Shown here one piece after another: positions 36,953-46,657 of a DNA stretch of 64,000 bases. Source of the stretch: Candidatus Woesebacteria bacterium. GTDB lineage: Bacteria > Patescibacteriota > Microgenomatia > UBA1400 > UBA12108. The notes under the pieces were generated by a model that was not told where the DNA came from, searched no databases, and worked only from the letters and a program-made list of their open reading frames with translations. Numbering within the stretch: position 1 is the first letter of the stretch; every line of letters starts with the position of its first letter. The position numbers and the translations under genes were made by a program. The stretch is from the NCBI GenBank assembly GCA_018060845.1, contig JAGOVG010000002.1:96213-160212 (forward strand), in the 5' to 3' direction.

Positions 36953-38428
36953 ATGGGCAAGACCCCGCGTGACTCAGATATTAGGGCAGTGTATTTGTCA
37001 TTAATCAAAGAGGGCAAAATTAAAAGTACTCCAGAGCTACTTAGGCTCCTCACCACCCGCGAAGTACGCACACTCTCGGGTGTCACCCCATTTGCTGTGA
37101 TGATGAAAGCGTATACCTGCCCAGGCCTCTGCACTTTTTGCCCGCTCGAGCTAGGTATGCCAAAGAGCTATCTTAGTGACGAACCTGCGGCAGCGCGTGC
37201 CAAAATGATGAACTTTGACCCTAAGCTCCAGATCGAGTCTCGCTTAACTCAGCTCGAAGAGACAGGCCACGTCACCGACAAAATCGAATTAATCGTAATT
37301 GGTGGCACTTTTGGTAGCTACCCAGACAGTTATAAACGGAGTTTTTTCAAAGACATGATCGATACTATCAATGGTGTAGTAAGCGAGACCTTAGAAGATG
37401 CTCAGGTCTACAACGAGACGGCCAAGAGGCGGATCGTAGCCATGAGTGTCGAGACTAGGCCGGATTGGATCGATGAAAAAGAAGTTAAGTTGTTTAGAGA
37501 GCTTGGTGTCACCAAAGTGCAGGTCGGTGTACAGGCGTTTGACGAAGAGATCTTAAAGCGAGTTAAGCGTGGTCATAGTCTGGATGCAGTAGGGGAGGCT
37601 ACGAGGATGCTTAAAGACGCAGGGATCAAGGTCTGCTACCACTACATGCCCAACCTGCCAGGGTCTAATCCCGACAAAGATGTCGAGATGGCACATCTCA
37701 TGTACGAGGATCCTCGCTTTATGCCCGACTTTTTAAAGGTCTATCCCTCACAGGTCATCCCCAAGACCGAGCTCCACGAAGAATGGAAAAGAGGGGAGTA
37801 CCAGCCCTACAGCGACGATTTACTCAAAGACGTTCTCAAAAATATCTGCAAAATCACCCCTCCTTACGTTCGCATCGATCGCCTCGTTCGCGACATCAGT
37901 CGCAAGTGGGTAGCAGCTGGCACCCACACGACCAATATGCGTCAGTATGTCGAGGCCGAGCTGATAAAAGAGGGTACACCCTGCCAGTGTATTCGCTGTC
38001 GCGAAGTCAAAGCGGGTGAATACGATGTCGTCCCCGAGCTAATAAATCGAGAGTTAAATACCTATGGGGGGATTGAACATCTTCTCACTTTTGAAAAAGA
38101 TCAAAGACTCTATTCTCTTCTTCGTTTGCGTTTGCCGAATCTTGATACTGTTACCTTGCCCCTTTTTCCTGAGCTTGCTGGTTGCGCCATCATCCGCGAG
38201 ATCCATACCTACGGTAAGACCTTGAGCCACGAGGACAAATTAACTAAAAAAACACAGCATCAGGGACTAGGCAAAAAGTTAATGCAAGAAGCCGAAAATA
38301 TCGCGCTCGCAGCTGGCTATAAAAAGATGGCAGTCATTAGTAGTATTGGCACTCGCGAGTACTACCGAGCAATAGGATATGCTAGAGTAGGTTTATATAT
38401 GGTCAAAGATCTGACCAAGAAAGGGTGA
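36953..38428 (+). CDS. elp3: bacterial Elp3 homolog (radical-SAM plus GNAT, tRNA wobble-uridine modifying family)
   Basis: Radical-SAM cysteine cluster CPGLCTFCP. Elp3 core motifs IVIGGTFGSYP and QVGVQAFDEEIL are present. The C-terminal GNAT motif is QHQGLGKKLMQEAENIALAAGY. The start is ambiguous (36863 or 36953). Confidence 0.7.
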   Translation: MGKTPRDSDIRAVYLSLIKEGKIKSTPELLRLLTTREVRTLSGVTPFAVMMKAYTCPGLCTFCPLELGMPKSYLSDEPAAARAKMMNFDPKLQIESRLTQLEETGHVTDKIELIVIGGTFGSYPDSYKRSFFKDMIDTINGVVSETLEDAQVYNETAKRRIVAMSVETRPDWIDEKEVKLFRELGVTKVQVGVQAFDEEILKRVKRGHSLDAVGEATRMLKDAGIKVCYHYMPNLPGSNPDKDVEMAHLMYEDPRFMPDFLKVYPSQVIPKTELHEEWKRGEYQPYSDDLLKDVLKNICKITPPYVRIDRLVRDISRKWVAAGTHTTNMRQYVEAELIKEGTPCQCIRCREVKAGEYDVVPELINRELNTYGGIEHLLTFEKDQRLYSLLRLRLPNLDTVTLPLFPELAGCAIIREIHTYGKTLSHEDKLTKKTQHQGLGKKLMQEAENIALAAGYKKMAVISSIGTREYYRAIGYARVGLYMVKDLTKKG

Positions 38429-38431
38429 CAT

Positions 38432-38758
38432 ATGAAGTTCTCACTCAGGCTACTTTATCTCTACCTCTTCTCTTTTGTTGGACTGCTTATTACGATTATC
38501 GGCGGGATCCAGGTCATCGATCTAGGTCTAAAAACATATGTATTCAAAGTCGAAGAGTTTGGTTACTATCCCATGAGTCCAGTTTTAGACGAAAAAGGTA
38601 ATGTTACACAGACCGTAGAAGAACAAAAAAAGATGCAAGAGATGGAAGCCGCCAACCAGCGCAAAAGGCAGATTAGCAACAGTCTCGCCATGATTATAGT
38701 CGGGACACCTGTCTACCTCTACCACTGGAAAACCATCAAAAAAGAATCTAAAAATTAG
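38432..38758 (+). CDS. hypothetical small membrane protein (2 TM)
   Basis: 108-aa ORF with a 4-nt start overlap to the Elp3 stop region. Confidence 0.4.
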   Translation: MKFSLRLLYLYLFSFVGLLITIIGGIQVIDLGLKTYVFKVEEFGYYPMSPVLDEKGNVTQTVEEQKKMQEMEAANQRKRQISNSLAMIIVGTPVYLYHWKTIKKESKN

Positions 38759-39099
38759 GTAGTTACTAGGTACTTTATTGCTTTACTCATTAGTTCGTAA
38801 GGCATCTCCTCGCCCAGCTTAAACTGGAGCGTTCCTTTGCCTGTTCGATGTTTTTCTAGCTCTGGTATCTGCCTTATCATGTTATCGCTAGCTGGATAGA
38901 TCGCTACATGGTGTGGGTAGCCTCCAAAGTGGAGAGCGTTCTTACCCAATATCTTAATAGTTGGTATGCCATAGGTTATTGCCTCCGAGCTACCATCAGG
39001 CGCTAGTTCGTTAGCAGTAGATCTGATCCACGATAAGATCGTTTTAACCTTGGGTTCAAAGTTGGCGAGGTACTCACCTATATTTGTGTACTTGTTCAT
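38755..39099 (-). CDS. DUF1801-like protein
   Basis: 114 aa. YGIPTIKILGKNALHFGGYPHHVAIY fits the DUF1801 (YdhG-like) pattern. Confidence 0.4.
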   Translation of the reverse strand: MNKYTNIGEYLANFEPKVKTILSWIRSTANELAPDGSSEAITYGIPTIKILGKNALHFGGYPHHVAIYPASDNMIRQIPELEKHRTGKGTLQFKLGEEMPYELMSKAIKYLVTT

Positions 39100-39503
39100 A
39101 GTTTTACTAGCTCACCTTGTCGCTTAACTATGTTCTTGTAGTCCCACTGTATTTTAGAAGCTTTCGTGAGCCACCTCACTAGATCATCGGTGTTTATCTG
39201 CTCTAGCTGGGTATAGGTTACTGAGGCATCCTTAAATTTGCCGGAACCAGGTACTAGTTCAGGTTCATCAAAATCGGCACCACTAAAGAACATTAGTTTT
39301 ATGCCAGCTTTTAGCTTGCTATAACGAACGATGGGGTTACCATCGAGGAACCAGACTGGTGACCCGTGCCAGATCTTGTTCTCTACGCCATTTAGGTTAT
39401 TGTTAATATACTTAGAGAGCGTAACGCAGATCTTCTTTTCCTCGCCTGACTGTAGTTCATTGTACTCAGTAGTATTTTTAGCAGTCGTAGATCCCATATT
39501 CAA
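39096..39503 (-). CDS. DUF1801-like protein (paralogous neighbour)
   Basis: 135 aa. WHGSPVWFLDGNPIVRYSKLKAGIKLMFFSG is present. It overlaps the downstream gene by 4 nt, which indicates an operon. Confidence 0.4.
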   Translation of the reverse strand: MNMGSTTAKNTTEYNELQSGEEKKICVTLSKYINNNLNGVENKIWHGSPVWFLDGNPIVRYSKLKAGIKLMFFSGADFDEPELVPGSGKFKDASVTYTQLEQINTDDLVRWLTKASKIQWDYKNIVKRQGELVKL

Positions 39504-39549
39504 TATATTTTACCAGGAAATATTGGGTTATTTTGTTACAATCAAAAGA

Positions 39550-41367
39550 ATGTTAAATCTATTCAAAAAGATAAATTCTCTTTCCGAAGTGGTATCAGAT
39601 CTTAATCCTCTCCAAAAAGAGAGTAAATTTCAGAGGCTAAAGAACAAGCTGTTCCCGCATCAGGCCGAGGTAAAAAGACGGAATAGATTAATAATATTTT
39701 CTGTCCTATTTGTAGTCCTCAATTATGGTATCTACCTAGGCGCGTTCAAAGATTACGAATCGTTTGCCTACAACTCCAAAACTGTCCAGTACAGTCAGGC
39801 GAGTACAGATCTATTCAAAGTTAGAGAGATTTTTACTTCAGCGTTTGGCCAGGCAGGTGATTCACCATTTACCATCTACTCTTATGTTTCGATCTTCTCG
39901 TTAGTAGCGCTAGTCCTTCTGATCGAATACGTGTCACTAAACCGCGCCTATCAATATGTTTCCAAAAAATTTAAACATATTGTCTTCAGCATTATGGTAT
40001 TTATCGCTTTTCAGGCACTCTATCTTGCTCCACTACTACTTATTGTTGTTGCTGAGACTCATGTGGTAGACAAATTAATAACAGTCGCCAGAGCAGAGGT
40101 TGCTGCTGCTCAATCAGCTATAGCCAACAAAACTGATCCTAACATTATCTACTCACAGGGTGACGCAGTCACAAAAATTGCATCAACTAGTGCGACTATT
40201 CATTTACTAAGCGGCGATTTTGAGCAATCAGTCGCCATCAACTACCTAGGTATTCAAGAAACCGATACCTTCTATCGAGCAGTCATCTTGCCATATATCG
40301 TGAGTGTGGATGAGAGTTTTAGTGTCCCACACAACGTCATCCTATTCCCTAACAACAATCTGGTTGTATCAGCCGATACTCCGCTAGAACAGCTAGAAAA
40401 GATCTTATCAACTCTAGCTCTCCAATCTATAAAAGTGTCTTTTGTTTCGGCCAACTTTTCTAGTGTCAAAGATCCCGCAATCACTTTTCTCGAAGAATCC
40501 AAATATAACCAAATTGAGAATAAAAAAGTCGAAGCCAGAAAAAAGCAGTATGTAGCCTACCTCGCGGCAGTCAATAAAAACATCAATATTAATAACCAAT
40601 ACATCAAAGATACAGAGATCGCACTTAACAACCTGCGGAGTGATAAGTCTGCATACGAGGCCAGGGTGCGGCCACTATTGTCAGACTGCATAAGTAGTTA
40701 TGGTCAGGCAGAATGTAGCGAACCTACTCAGATTATTAACACCTCAGTTGCAGAGTATGATGCAGAGATTAAGCAGGTTGAATTATATTTACAGGAAGCA
40801 AGGGATCTAATCCCAGTTTTAATTAGACAGTACAGCTCAGCAAAGATTTCGTATGATCAATTCTTGGAATATCCGGTGACTCCCGAGCTCCAGGCTGGGT
40901 TATTTGAGCCACCAAGTAGTATCTTTATCAAGTATATAGCGAGCAGAAATACGGTATTGCCTAGTAGCTACTACTACACTCTGTTACATGAGCTAATACA
41001 TTACTACTCATATTCTCCTCGGGATGACACACCCACATTTATCGAGGAGGGTGTTACAGACCTCTTAGCTCTCACCATAGGCGAGTCCTCCGCTGTTTCA
41101 TCAGCCAAAATGGACGGCTACCCACAGGAGATAAAAATAGCCACTAGATTGTTTGAGATGTTAGGACAGGAGCAAGCAACCAAATTATTCTTGGCCAAAT
41201 CAAAAGTTAGTTGGCAAAGAGGACTAGATAAAGTCTGCGGGAGCGGGTGTTACAAAAAACTAGAAAGCGTAGGTGATCAACTAACCTATACGGCTCTAGA
41301 TGACCTAGAGACTAGGTCAGCTATTCTAAACGAAGCGCTAGACATTCTTAGTGCTGAGCCAAAATAA
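39550..41367 (+). CDS. membrane-anchored protein with coiled-coil region and C-terminal HExxH(+E) putative zinc-metallopeptidase motif
   Basis: 605 aa from the internal Met (MLNLFKK). There are 3-4 N-terminal TM helices. Near the C-terminus the motif YYYTLLHELIHYYS...TFIEEGVTD is present. Confidence 0.5.
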   Translation: MLNLFKKINSLSEVVSDLNPLQKESKFQRLKNKLFPHQAEVKRRNRLIIFSVLFVVLNYGIYLGAFKDYESFAYNSKTVQYSQASTDLFKVREIFTSAFGQAGDSPFTIYSYVSIFSLVALVLLIEYVSLNRAYQYVSKKFKHIVFSIMVFIAFQALYLAPLLLIVVAETHVVDKLITVARAEVAAAQSAIANKTDPNIIYSQGDAVTKIASTSATIHLLSGDFEQSVAINYLGIQETDTFYRAVILPYIVSVDESFSVPHNVILFPNNNLVVSADTPLEQLEKILSTLALQSIKVSFVSANFSSVKDPAITFLEESKYNQIENKKVEARKKQYVAYLAAVNKNININNQYIKDTEIALNNLRSDKSAYEARVRPLLSDCISSYGQAECSEPTQIINTSVAEYDAEIKQVELYLQEARDLIPVLIRQYSSAKISYDQFLEYPVTPELQAGLFEPPSSIFIKYIASRNTVLPSSYYYTLLHELIHYYSYSPRDDTPTFIEEGVTDLLALTIGESSAVSSAKMDGYPQEIKIATRLFEMLGQEQATKLFLAKSKVSWQRGLDKVCGSGCYKKLESVGDQLTYTALDDLETRSAILNEALDILSAEPK

Positions 41368-41538
41368 TCTAAGCTATTCTACTCATACTTAAAGCTGATC
41401 CTAGCCATGTATAAGGTTTAACATCCCAGCACCATCTAGGTTGGGCTCATTCTTCACGTTAGCTAGTATTGGTTTGAACAGTAAATCCGTACCATTCTCG
41501 TAGCAGAGAATAATCGACTATATTTTTATCACAAAAAA

Positions 41539-42108
41539 TTACTTAATCAACTTTTTTTGTATGAGTCTTGGTGTAGTGAAGTCTAACTTGTTAGCTTGAT
41601 CGATAAATAGTTTAAGCGTTGATTCAAAATCAACGTATTCAGGCAACTCAGCCTCATCAACTACTCCCGACTCTCTCAATAATCTTAACACTTCATCTTT
41701 TTGTGTCTGATCACGTGCATATGATACCTCCATACCACTCCATCTTTTTTTCCCACCTGATCCAGCATCGTACCAAATAACAGAAACATTATTATTTGTA
41801 TTAATCCCAGATACTTCCAAACCATAATCGGGCGTACCGCCCTCTTGATCCCATCTCATCATCCCTTTCATTAGAGTAGCCCAACTTCCATTAATGCTTA
41901 CTTCTAACGCTGCATTTAACTGACCAGACTCGTCTCCTTCTCCCCAATTCCACTTATAAAACACCCACTTTCGACTACGATCAGAGTTAAAAAACTCCTT
42001 TTCATTCGTGTCTTCTTTGTGGACAACTCTATCAACTAAAGCATGCACAAATGCAAGCAGATTAAATTTATGATTATCTCGATTTTTGTTGAATTTCTCT
42101 AACGACAT
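41539..42108 (-). CDS. hypothetical protein (189 aa)
   Basis: ORF with plausible codon usage and a Trp-rich N-half. I found no known domain. Confidence 0.4.
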   Translation of the reverse strand: MSLEKFNKNRDNHKFNLLAFVHALVDRVVHKEDTNEKEFFNSDRSRKWVFYKWNWGEGDESGQLNAALEVSINGSWATLMKGMMRWDQEGGTPDYGLEVSGINTNNNVSVIWYDAGSGGKKRWSGMEVSYARDQTQKDEVLRLLRESGVVDEAELPEYVDFESTLKLFIDQANKLDFTTPRLIQKKLIK

Positions 42109-42221
42109 ATAATGAATTATATACTATGAGACTACACTAACGATATGCAATTTAATAATCTGCAGCACGAAATATTAAAATCTAATTCACTGACAGCAAC
42201 TATATTTCAGTGCAAGAAGAG

Positions 42222-42758
42222 TTAAATGCTTGTGTATGAAATATTTCGTCTCACACCATTTAAGTCAATAAAATACCCGCTAGCATTATCATGTGGAGGC
42301 TTGAAATTTAGGGCGTTTATATCGCGTGTCTTATGTGCATACGTAACATCTTCCATTATTTCGTCATGCGATACTACAACTATGCCTCTAGTATTGGGTC
42401 TAAGCGCTTTTAAGACACCCATAACTGGATTAACATCTTCCAACTTAGGGCTTGATTCATGGTATCTTCTACAAGAGAGGTCAGGTACTTTGTATACAGT
42501 GGGCAGCGACAGTCCTTCAGCAATAATCATTGCTGTTTGATCTGTCCGAGGGGATGGGCCACACATAACTTGTACAGTATCATTTGTAAGCTTAGATTCG
42601 GCTAGGAGACTAATGATTACTCCAGCTAACATACTCGATTGTTTCATGCCTTCTTCAGTTAATGTACCATCTACTAAATCATGTTTTGCATGACGTACAA
42701 CGATCATTAGTCCAGAAAAGAGTTTTGTCTCACTCATAATAATAAGTAAACTACGCAC
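42222..42758 (-). CDS. histidine-phosphatase-superfamily protein (SixA-like)
   Basis: VVRHAKHD...TEEG is an RHG-like motif. SPRTDQTA and a C-terminal VVVSHDEIM (SH motif) are also present. Confidence 0.5.
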   Translation of the reverse strand: MRSLLIIMSETKLFSGLMIVVRHAKHDLVDGTLTEEGMKQSSMLAGVIISLLAESKLTNDTVQVMCGPSPRTDQTAMIIAEGLSLPTVYKVPDLSCRRYHESSPKLEDVNPVMGVLKALRPNTRGIVVVSHDEIMEDVTYAHKTRDINALNFKPPHDNASGYFIDLNGVRRNISYTSI

Positions 42759-42838
42759 GACCTAAAGGCCATGGATTGATGTGCGGAATATTCATCTATA
42801 TTTGTATAGTTCTTCATATATCTCGAAAGTAGAATAAT

Positions 42839-43420
42839 CTACAAACTCTTTCCTATAGCTAATAAATAGTTATTAAAATCAGCTATATTTTTTACATTTG
42901 ACAATAATACTGCTTCGTAAATATCAACACTAGAAAAATCTTTATGGTACTTTGGGTTGTCACATACCAGAGACTTAATTTTTAGAATAATCTGTCGAGT
43001 TTCATCAGTAATATTCTCTTCGATCAACTTCGCGATCCTATCAGTAGTCACCGACTCTTTCGCTAAAAATCTAATATCGATTTTCCAGATATTCTTCTCA
43101 TTATCCTCATACTTTATACCTAGATACATACTTTTTGGTCTGTCTACTTCAGCTCCTGACCTGTTATCTGCAATGGTAATAGATTTAACACCTATTTTAG
43201 AGAAAATAGGTTTAACGATACTCCAAAAATCAGAATCAGTAGGGGACTCATTCATCATTAAATTAGCGTCTATATCTCTCGAGGTCATTAGACCATACTC
43301 TATACTACCGACTAATTGAAAATCTCCAACATTATTAAGGATATTGCGCAAATCAAGTTGCTCTACTACTAGATATGCCTGTTTTTGAAGTAGCTTTTGG
43401 TTATTTAAATGGTCAGTCAT
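42839..43420 (-). CDS. GrpB-like nucleotidyltransferase-fold protein
   Basis: LVGSIEYGLMTSRDIDANL matches the GS-x9-DxD Pol-beta NTase motif as seen in the GrpB family. Confidence 0.5.
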   Translation of the reverse strand: MTDHLNNQKLLQKQAYLVVEQLDLRNILNNVGDFQLVGSIEYGLMTSRDIDANLMMNESPTDSDFWSIVKPIFSKIGVKSITIADNRSGAEVDRPKSMYLGIKYEDNEKNIWKIDIRFLAKESVTTDRIAKLIEENITDETRQIILKIKSLVCDNPKYHKDFSSVDIYEAVLLSNVKNIADFNNYLLAIGKSL

Positions 43421-43460
43421 AAGGAATTAATATAGTGTTTTCAAAAATGTTGTGATTTGG

Positions 43461-43531
43461 AGCGGGTAAGGGGAATCGGACCCCTATCTATTCCTTGGGA
43501 AGGAATCATTCTACCACTGAACTATACCCGC
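43461..43531 (-). tRNA. tRNA-Gly (anticodon CCC)
   Basis: Reverse complement GCGGGTATAGTTCAGTGGTAGAATGATTCCTTCCCAAGGAATAGATAGGGGTCCGATTCCCCTTACCCGCT. A 3' CCA is encoded. It forms a cloverleaf with anticodon loop TTCCCAA. Confidence 0.8.
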
Positions 43532-43843
43532 ACTTATTTAATTTTTTTAACAACCTAAACTACCAAAGTAGTTGACCTACCACTAGCCTCCCAGACTACT
43601 TCGTTTCTGGAGGGTCTACCAGAAATAAGTTCTGGAGGCATTTCTCATGTCCTTTCAGGACTTGAAGTTCACATTTCTCAGGCTGTCGCCTGAAGTGCAA
43701 ACTCAACCCGCATTAAGTCTAAGTATCTTGAGTAGCTGTAACTTTTTATTGTACCACTCGGGTTAATACCTTTGTAGGCTTGCCTAACTTATATAGCAAG
43801 CAGATAATAACTACGTCGCAACGTTTAATAAATTATTGGAGGA

Positions 43844-45115
43844 TTGGTCATGAAAATAACCAAAATCAGTGCTTACGAAATCTTAGCCTCAGGTGGTTAC
43901 CCCACGATCGAAGCTTATGTCGAACTAGAAGATGGTAGTCATGCAACAGCTAGCGTCCCATATGGCGCTTCAGCTGGCAGTCACGAAGCCACAGTCATGA
44001 TGGATGGCGACGCCAAGCGCTGGAATGGCAAGGGTATGCAGAATGCAATCGACAAAATCACTAAAGTATTAGCACCTGCCTTAATCGGACAAGATGCCTA
44101 TGACCAAAGAGCCATCGACCAGCTCATGATCGATCTTGATGGTACTCCTAACAAAGCTAATCTCGGTGGCAACTCTATCCTCGCGCTCAGTATCGCAGTC
44201 GCCAACGCCGCAGCTAGCAGCAAAAAGGTCGAGCTCTATCGTCACATCATGGATACATTCAAAACAGGAGTCGACTTAAAAACTCTACCTCAGCCTATGG
44301 TTGTGGCGATCGAAGGTGGCAAACACGCTGACGAAACAACCGATCTTCAAGAGTTTTGTTTTTCTGCTATCCGCAAAAGCAGTGTCAAAGAGAACGTCCG
44401 CATGATCATGGAGTGCTACCACGCACTCGCCAAAGTACTAAAGAAAAATAAGCTAAGCACCAATGTCGGTAACGAAGGAGCCTTTGCCCCCAACGGTATC
44501 CCCACTAACGAAGCACCCTTTACCTACATGTCAGAAGCAATCGAGCTAGCAGGTTACAAACCCAAAGACGAAGTCGGCTTCTCGATCGATGCAGCCGCGA
44601 GCGAGTTTTACCAAGATGGTAACTACAATCTCGCAGTCGAAAAAAGAGTACTCACACCTGATGAGCTCATCGCCTACTACGAATCTTGGTTCAAAAAATA
44701 CCCAATCGTAACTATAGAAGATGGTCTACACGAAGACGACTGGGACAACTGGACCAAACTAAAGGTCGTAACCGACAAATATGGTATCCCCCTAATCGGC
44801 GATGATCTAACAGTGACTAATCCAGTCAGGCTCCAAAAAGCTATCGATCAAAATGCAATCTCCGCTATCCTGATCAAGCTCAACCAGATCGGGACCCTAA
44901 CTGAGACTGTCGACTGCTGCCTACTAGCAAAGAAAAATGGTCTCATGACCACTACCTCTCACCGTGGTGGGGGTGAGACCAACGATGCGACCATGGTCGA
45001 TGTCGCCGTCGCCGTCGGCTCTGCCTTTATCAAAGTCGGTCCCACTCGTGGCGAGCGCGTGAGCAAATACAATCGCCTCATGGCGATTGAGCGACAGCTG
45101 AGTAACGAAAGTTAA
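43844..45115 (+). CDS. eno: enolase
   Basis: 423 aa. The conserved SHRGGGETND and IKLNQIGT motifs are present. A GGAGG SD sits 8 nt upstream. Confidence 0.9.
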   Translation: MVMKITKISAYEILASGGYPTIEAYVELEDGSHATASVPYGASAGSHEATVMMDGDAKRWNGKGMQNAIDKITKVLAPALIGQDAYDQRAIDQLMIDLDGTPNKANLGGNSILALSIAVANAAASSKKVELYRHIMDTFKTGVDLKTLPQPMVVAIEGGKHADETTDLQEFCFSAIRKSSVKENVRMIMECYHALAKVLKKNKLSTNVGNEGAFAPNGIPTNEAPFTYMSEAIELAGYKPKDEVGFSIDAAASEFYQDGNYNLAVEKRVLTPDELIAYYESWFKKYPIVTIEDGLHEDDWDNWTKLKVVTDKYGIPLIGDDLTVTNPVRLQKAIDQNAISAILIKLNQIGTLTETVDCCLLAKKNGLMTTTSHRGGGETNDATMVDVAVAVGSAFIKVGPTRGERVSKYNRLMAIERQLSNES

Positions 45116-45118
45116 ATT

Positions 45119-46633
45119 ATGACCAAAGCCAAAAAGAATAAACTAATCACAATCGTCCTAGACGGCTGGGGTGTCACCAACCGCTATGGTGGTAACGCCG
45201 TCGCTAGCGCCAAGACGCCGTACTACAACTACTTAAGAGACAACTATCCGAGTACAGCCATCGAAGCTTCAGGCGAGGCAGTAGGCCTCCCAGATGGACA
45301 GATGGGTACCAGCGAGGTCAATCACATGACGATCGGCGCTGGTAAGGTCCTGTACCAAGACCTCGTTCGGATAAGTAATAAAATCAAGGACGGTAGTTTT
45401 GACAATAACAAAGCATTTATAAAGGCCTTTGAGCACGTCAAAAAACACAACTCCACGCTCCACTTAAAGAGCTTGATCGGGACTGGTGGCGTCCATGCAC
45501 ACCAGGATCATCTTATTGCACTGGTTAAAGCAGCCAAAAAGCACGGGGTCACCAAACTCTACATCCACGCGTTTATGGATGGCAGGGACACTAGGCCCAC
45601 TAGTGCCGAGAAGTACCTGGACCACCTCGAGCAAGAGTTAAAAGAAATCGGGCTCGGCCAGATCGCGAGTATTAGTGGCCGCTACTATGCTATGGATCGT
45701 GATCACAACTGGGACAGGACCGATAAGACCTTTAATGTCTTAATCAAAAGAGAAGGTAAAAAATACAAATCAGCCAAAGAGGCACTCCTCGAATCATACA
45801 AAAATGGTGTAACAGACGAATATGTCGAGCCGGCAATCGTCGAGGTCGGACCAGGCGAAGAGGGGGCAATTAGTTCTGCTGACGCAGTTATCTTTGTTAA
45901 TTTTCGAAACGACAGAACTAGGCAGCTGACAGAGCGCTTCCTCGAAAAAGGTCCCGATAACCTGCTCTATGTCACCATGACCGAGTACAAGCCAGAGTAT
46001 CAAGTCGAGGTGGCCTATCCGCTCGAGGATGCGGGTAGTACCGTCGGCCAGGTCATAAGCGAGGCTGGTCTTAAGCAGCTTAGAGTCACAGAAACCGAAA
46101 AGTTCCCCCACATGACCTTCTTCTTAAATTGTAAAAGGGAAGAGGTTTATGAGGGCGAGGATAGGATGATGTTTGATAGTCACAGTGATATTAAAACTCA
46201 CGACGAAAAGCCAGAGATGAGGACCCCAGATATCGCCGCCTATTTAGAGGGTGTACTAAGTAAACAGACACACGACGCGATCTTTATCAACCTCTGTAAC
46301 GCCGATATGGTCGGCCACACTGGCAACATCCCAGCCGCAGTCATTGGTGTCGAAACAATCGATAAGGCATTAAAGCTAATCGTTGAAACAGCCATTGGTC
46401 ATGGCTACCAGGTTATCATTACCGCAGATCATGGTAACGCCGAGGAGATGAAAGACAAAGAAACGGGGGCCAAGCTATCAGCCCACACCACCAATCTGGT
46501 ACCATTCATCTATATAGGGGGTAAACAACGTCTCACCCACTATGTCGGGAGTCTCGTCGACGTCGGACCGACCATCCTAACGGCACTGGGCCTACCAGTA
46601 CCTAGCGACATGACTGGAATAAGTTTTATTTAA
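45119..46633 (+). CDS. gpmI: 2,3-bisphosphoglycerate-independent phosphoglycerate mutase
   Basis: 504 aa. The N-terminal LDGWG motif, the TADHGNAEEM C-terminal motif and the alkaline-phosphatase-like core of iPGM are present. Confidence 0.9.
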   Translation: MTKAKKNKLITIVLDGWGVTNRYGGNAVASAKTPYYNYLRDNYPSTAIEASGEAVGLPDGQMGTSEVNHMTIGAGKVLYQDLVRISNKIKDGSFDNNKAFIKAFEHVKKHNSTLHLKSLIGTGGVHAHQDHLIALVKAAKKHGVTKLYIHAFMDGRDTRPTSAEKYLDHLEQELKEIGLGQIASISGRYYAMDRDHNWDRTDKTFNVLIKREGKKYKSAKEALLESYKNGVTDEYVEPAIVEVGPGEEGAISSADAVIFVNFRNDRTRQLTERFLEKGPDNLLYVTMTEYKPEYQVEVAYPLEDAGSTVGQVISEAGLKQLRVTETEKFPHMTFFLNCKREEVYEGEDRMMFDSHSDIKTHDEKPEMRTPDIAAYLEGVLSKQTHDAIFINLCNADMVGHTGNIPAAVIGVETIDKALKLIVETAIGHGYQVIITADHGNAEEMKDKETGAKLSAHTTNLVPFIYIGGKQRLTHYVGSLVDVGPTILTALGLPVPSDMTGISFI

Positions 46634-46657
46634 TTATTAATAACTAAGGGCTCATGT

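Noticed and set aside
43532-43843. Possible RNase P RNA, SRP RNA or tmRNA in the tRNA-Gly/eno spacer
   Set aside because: There is only a weak partial resemblance to RNase P CR-IV/CR-V. No CR-I (GGAAAGUCCGGGC) is present. There is no SRP helix-8 motif and no tRNA-like 3' end. The region is kept only as an unassigned structured element.
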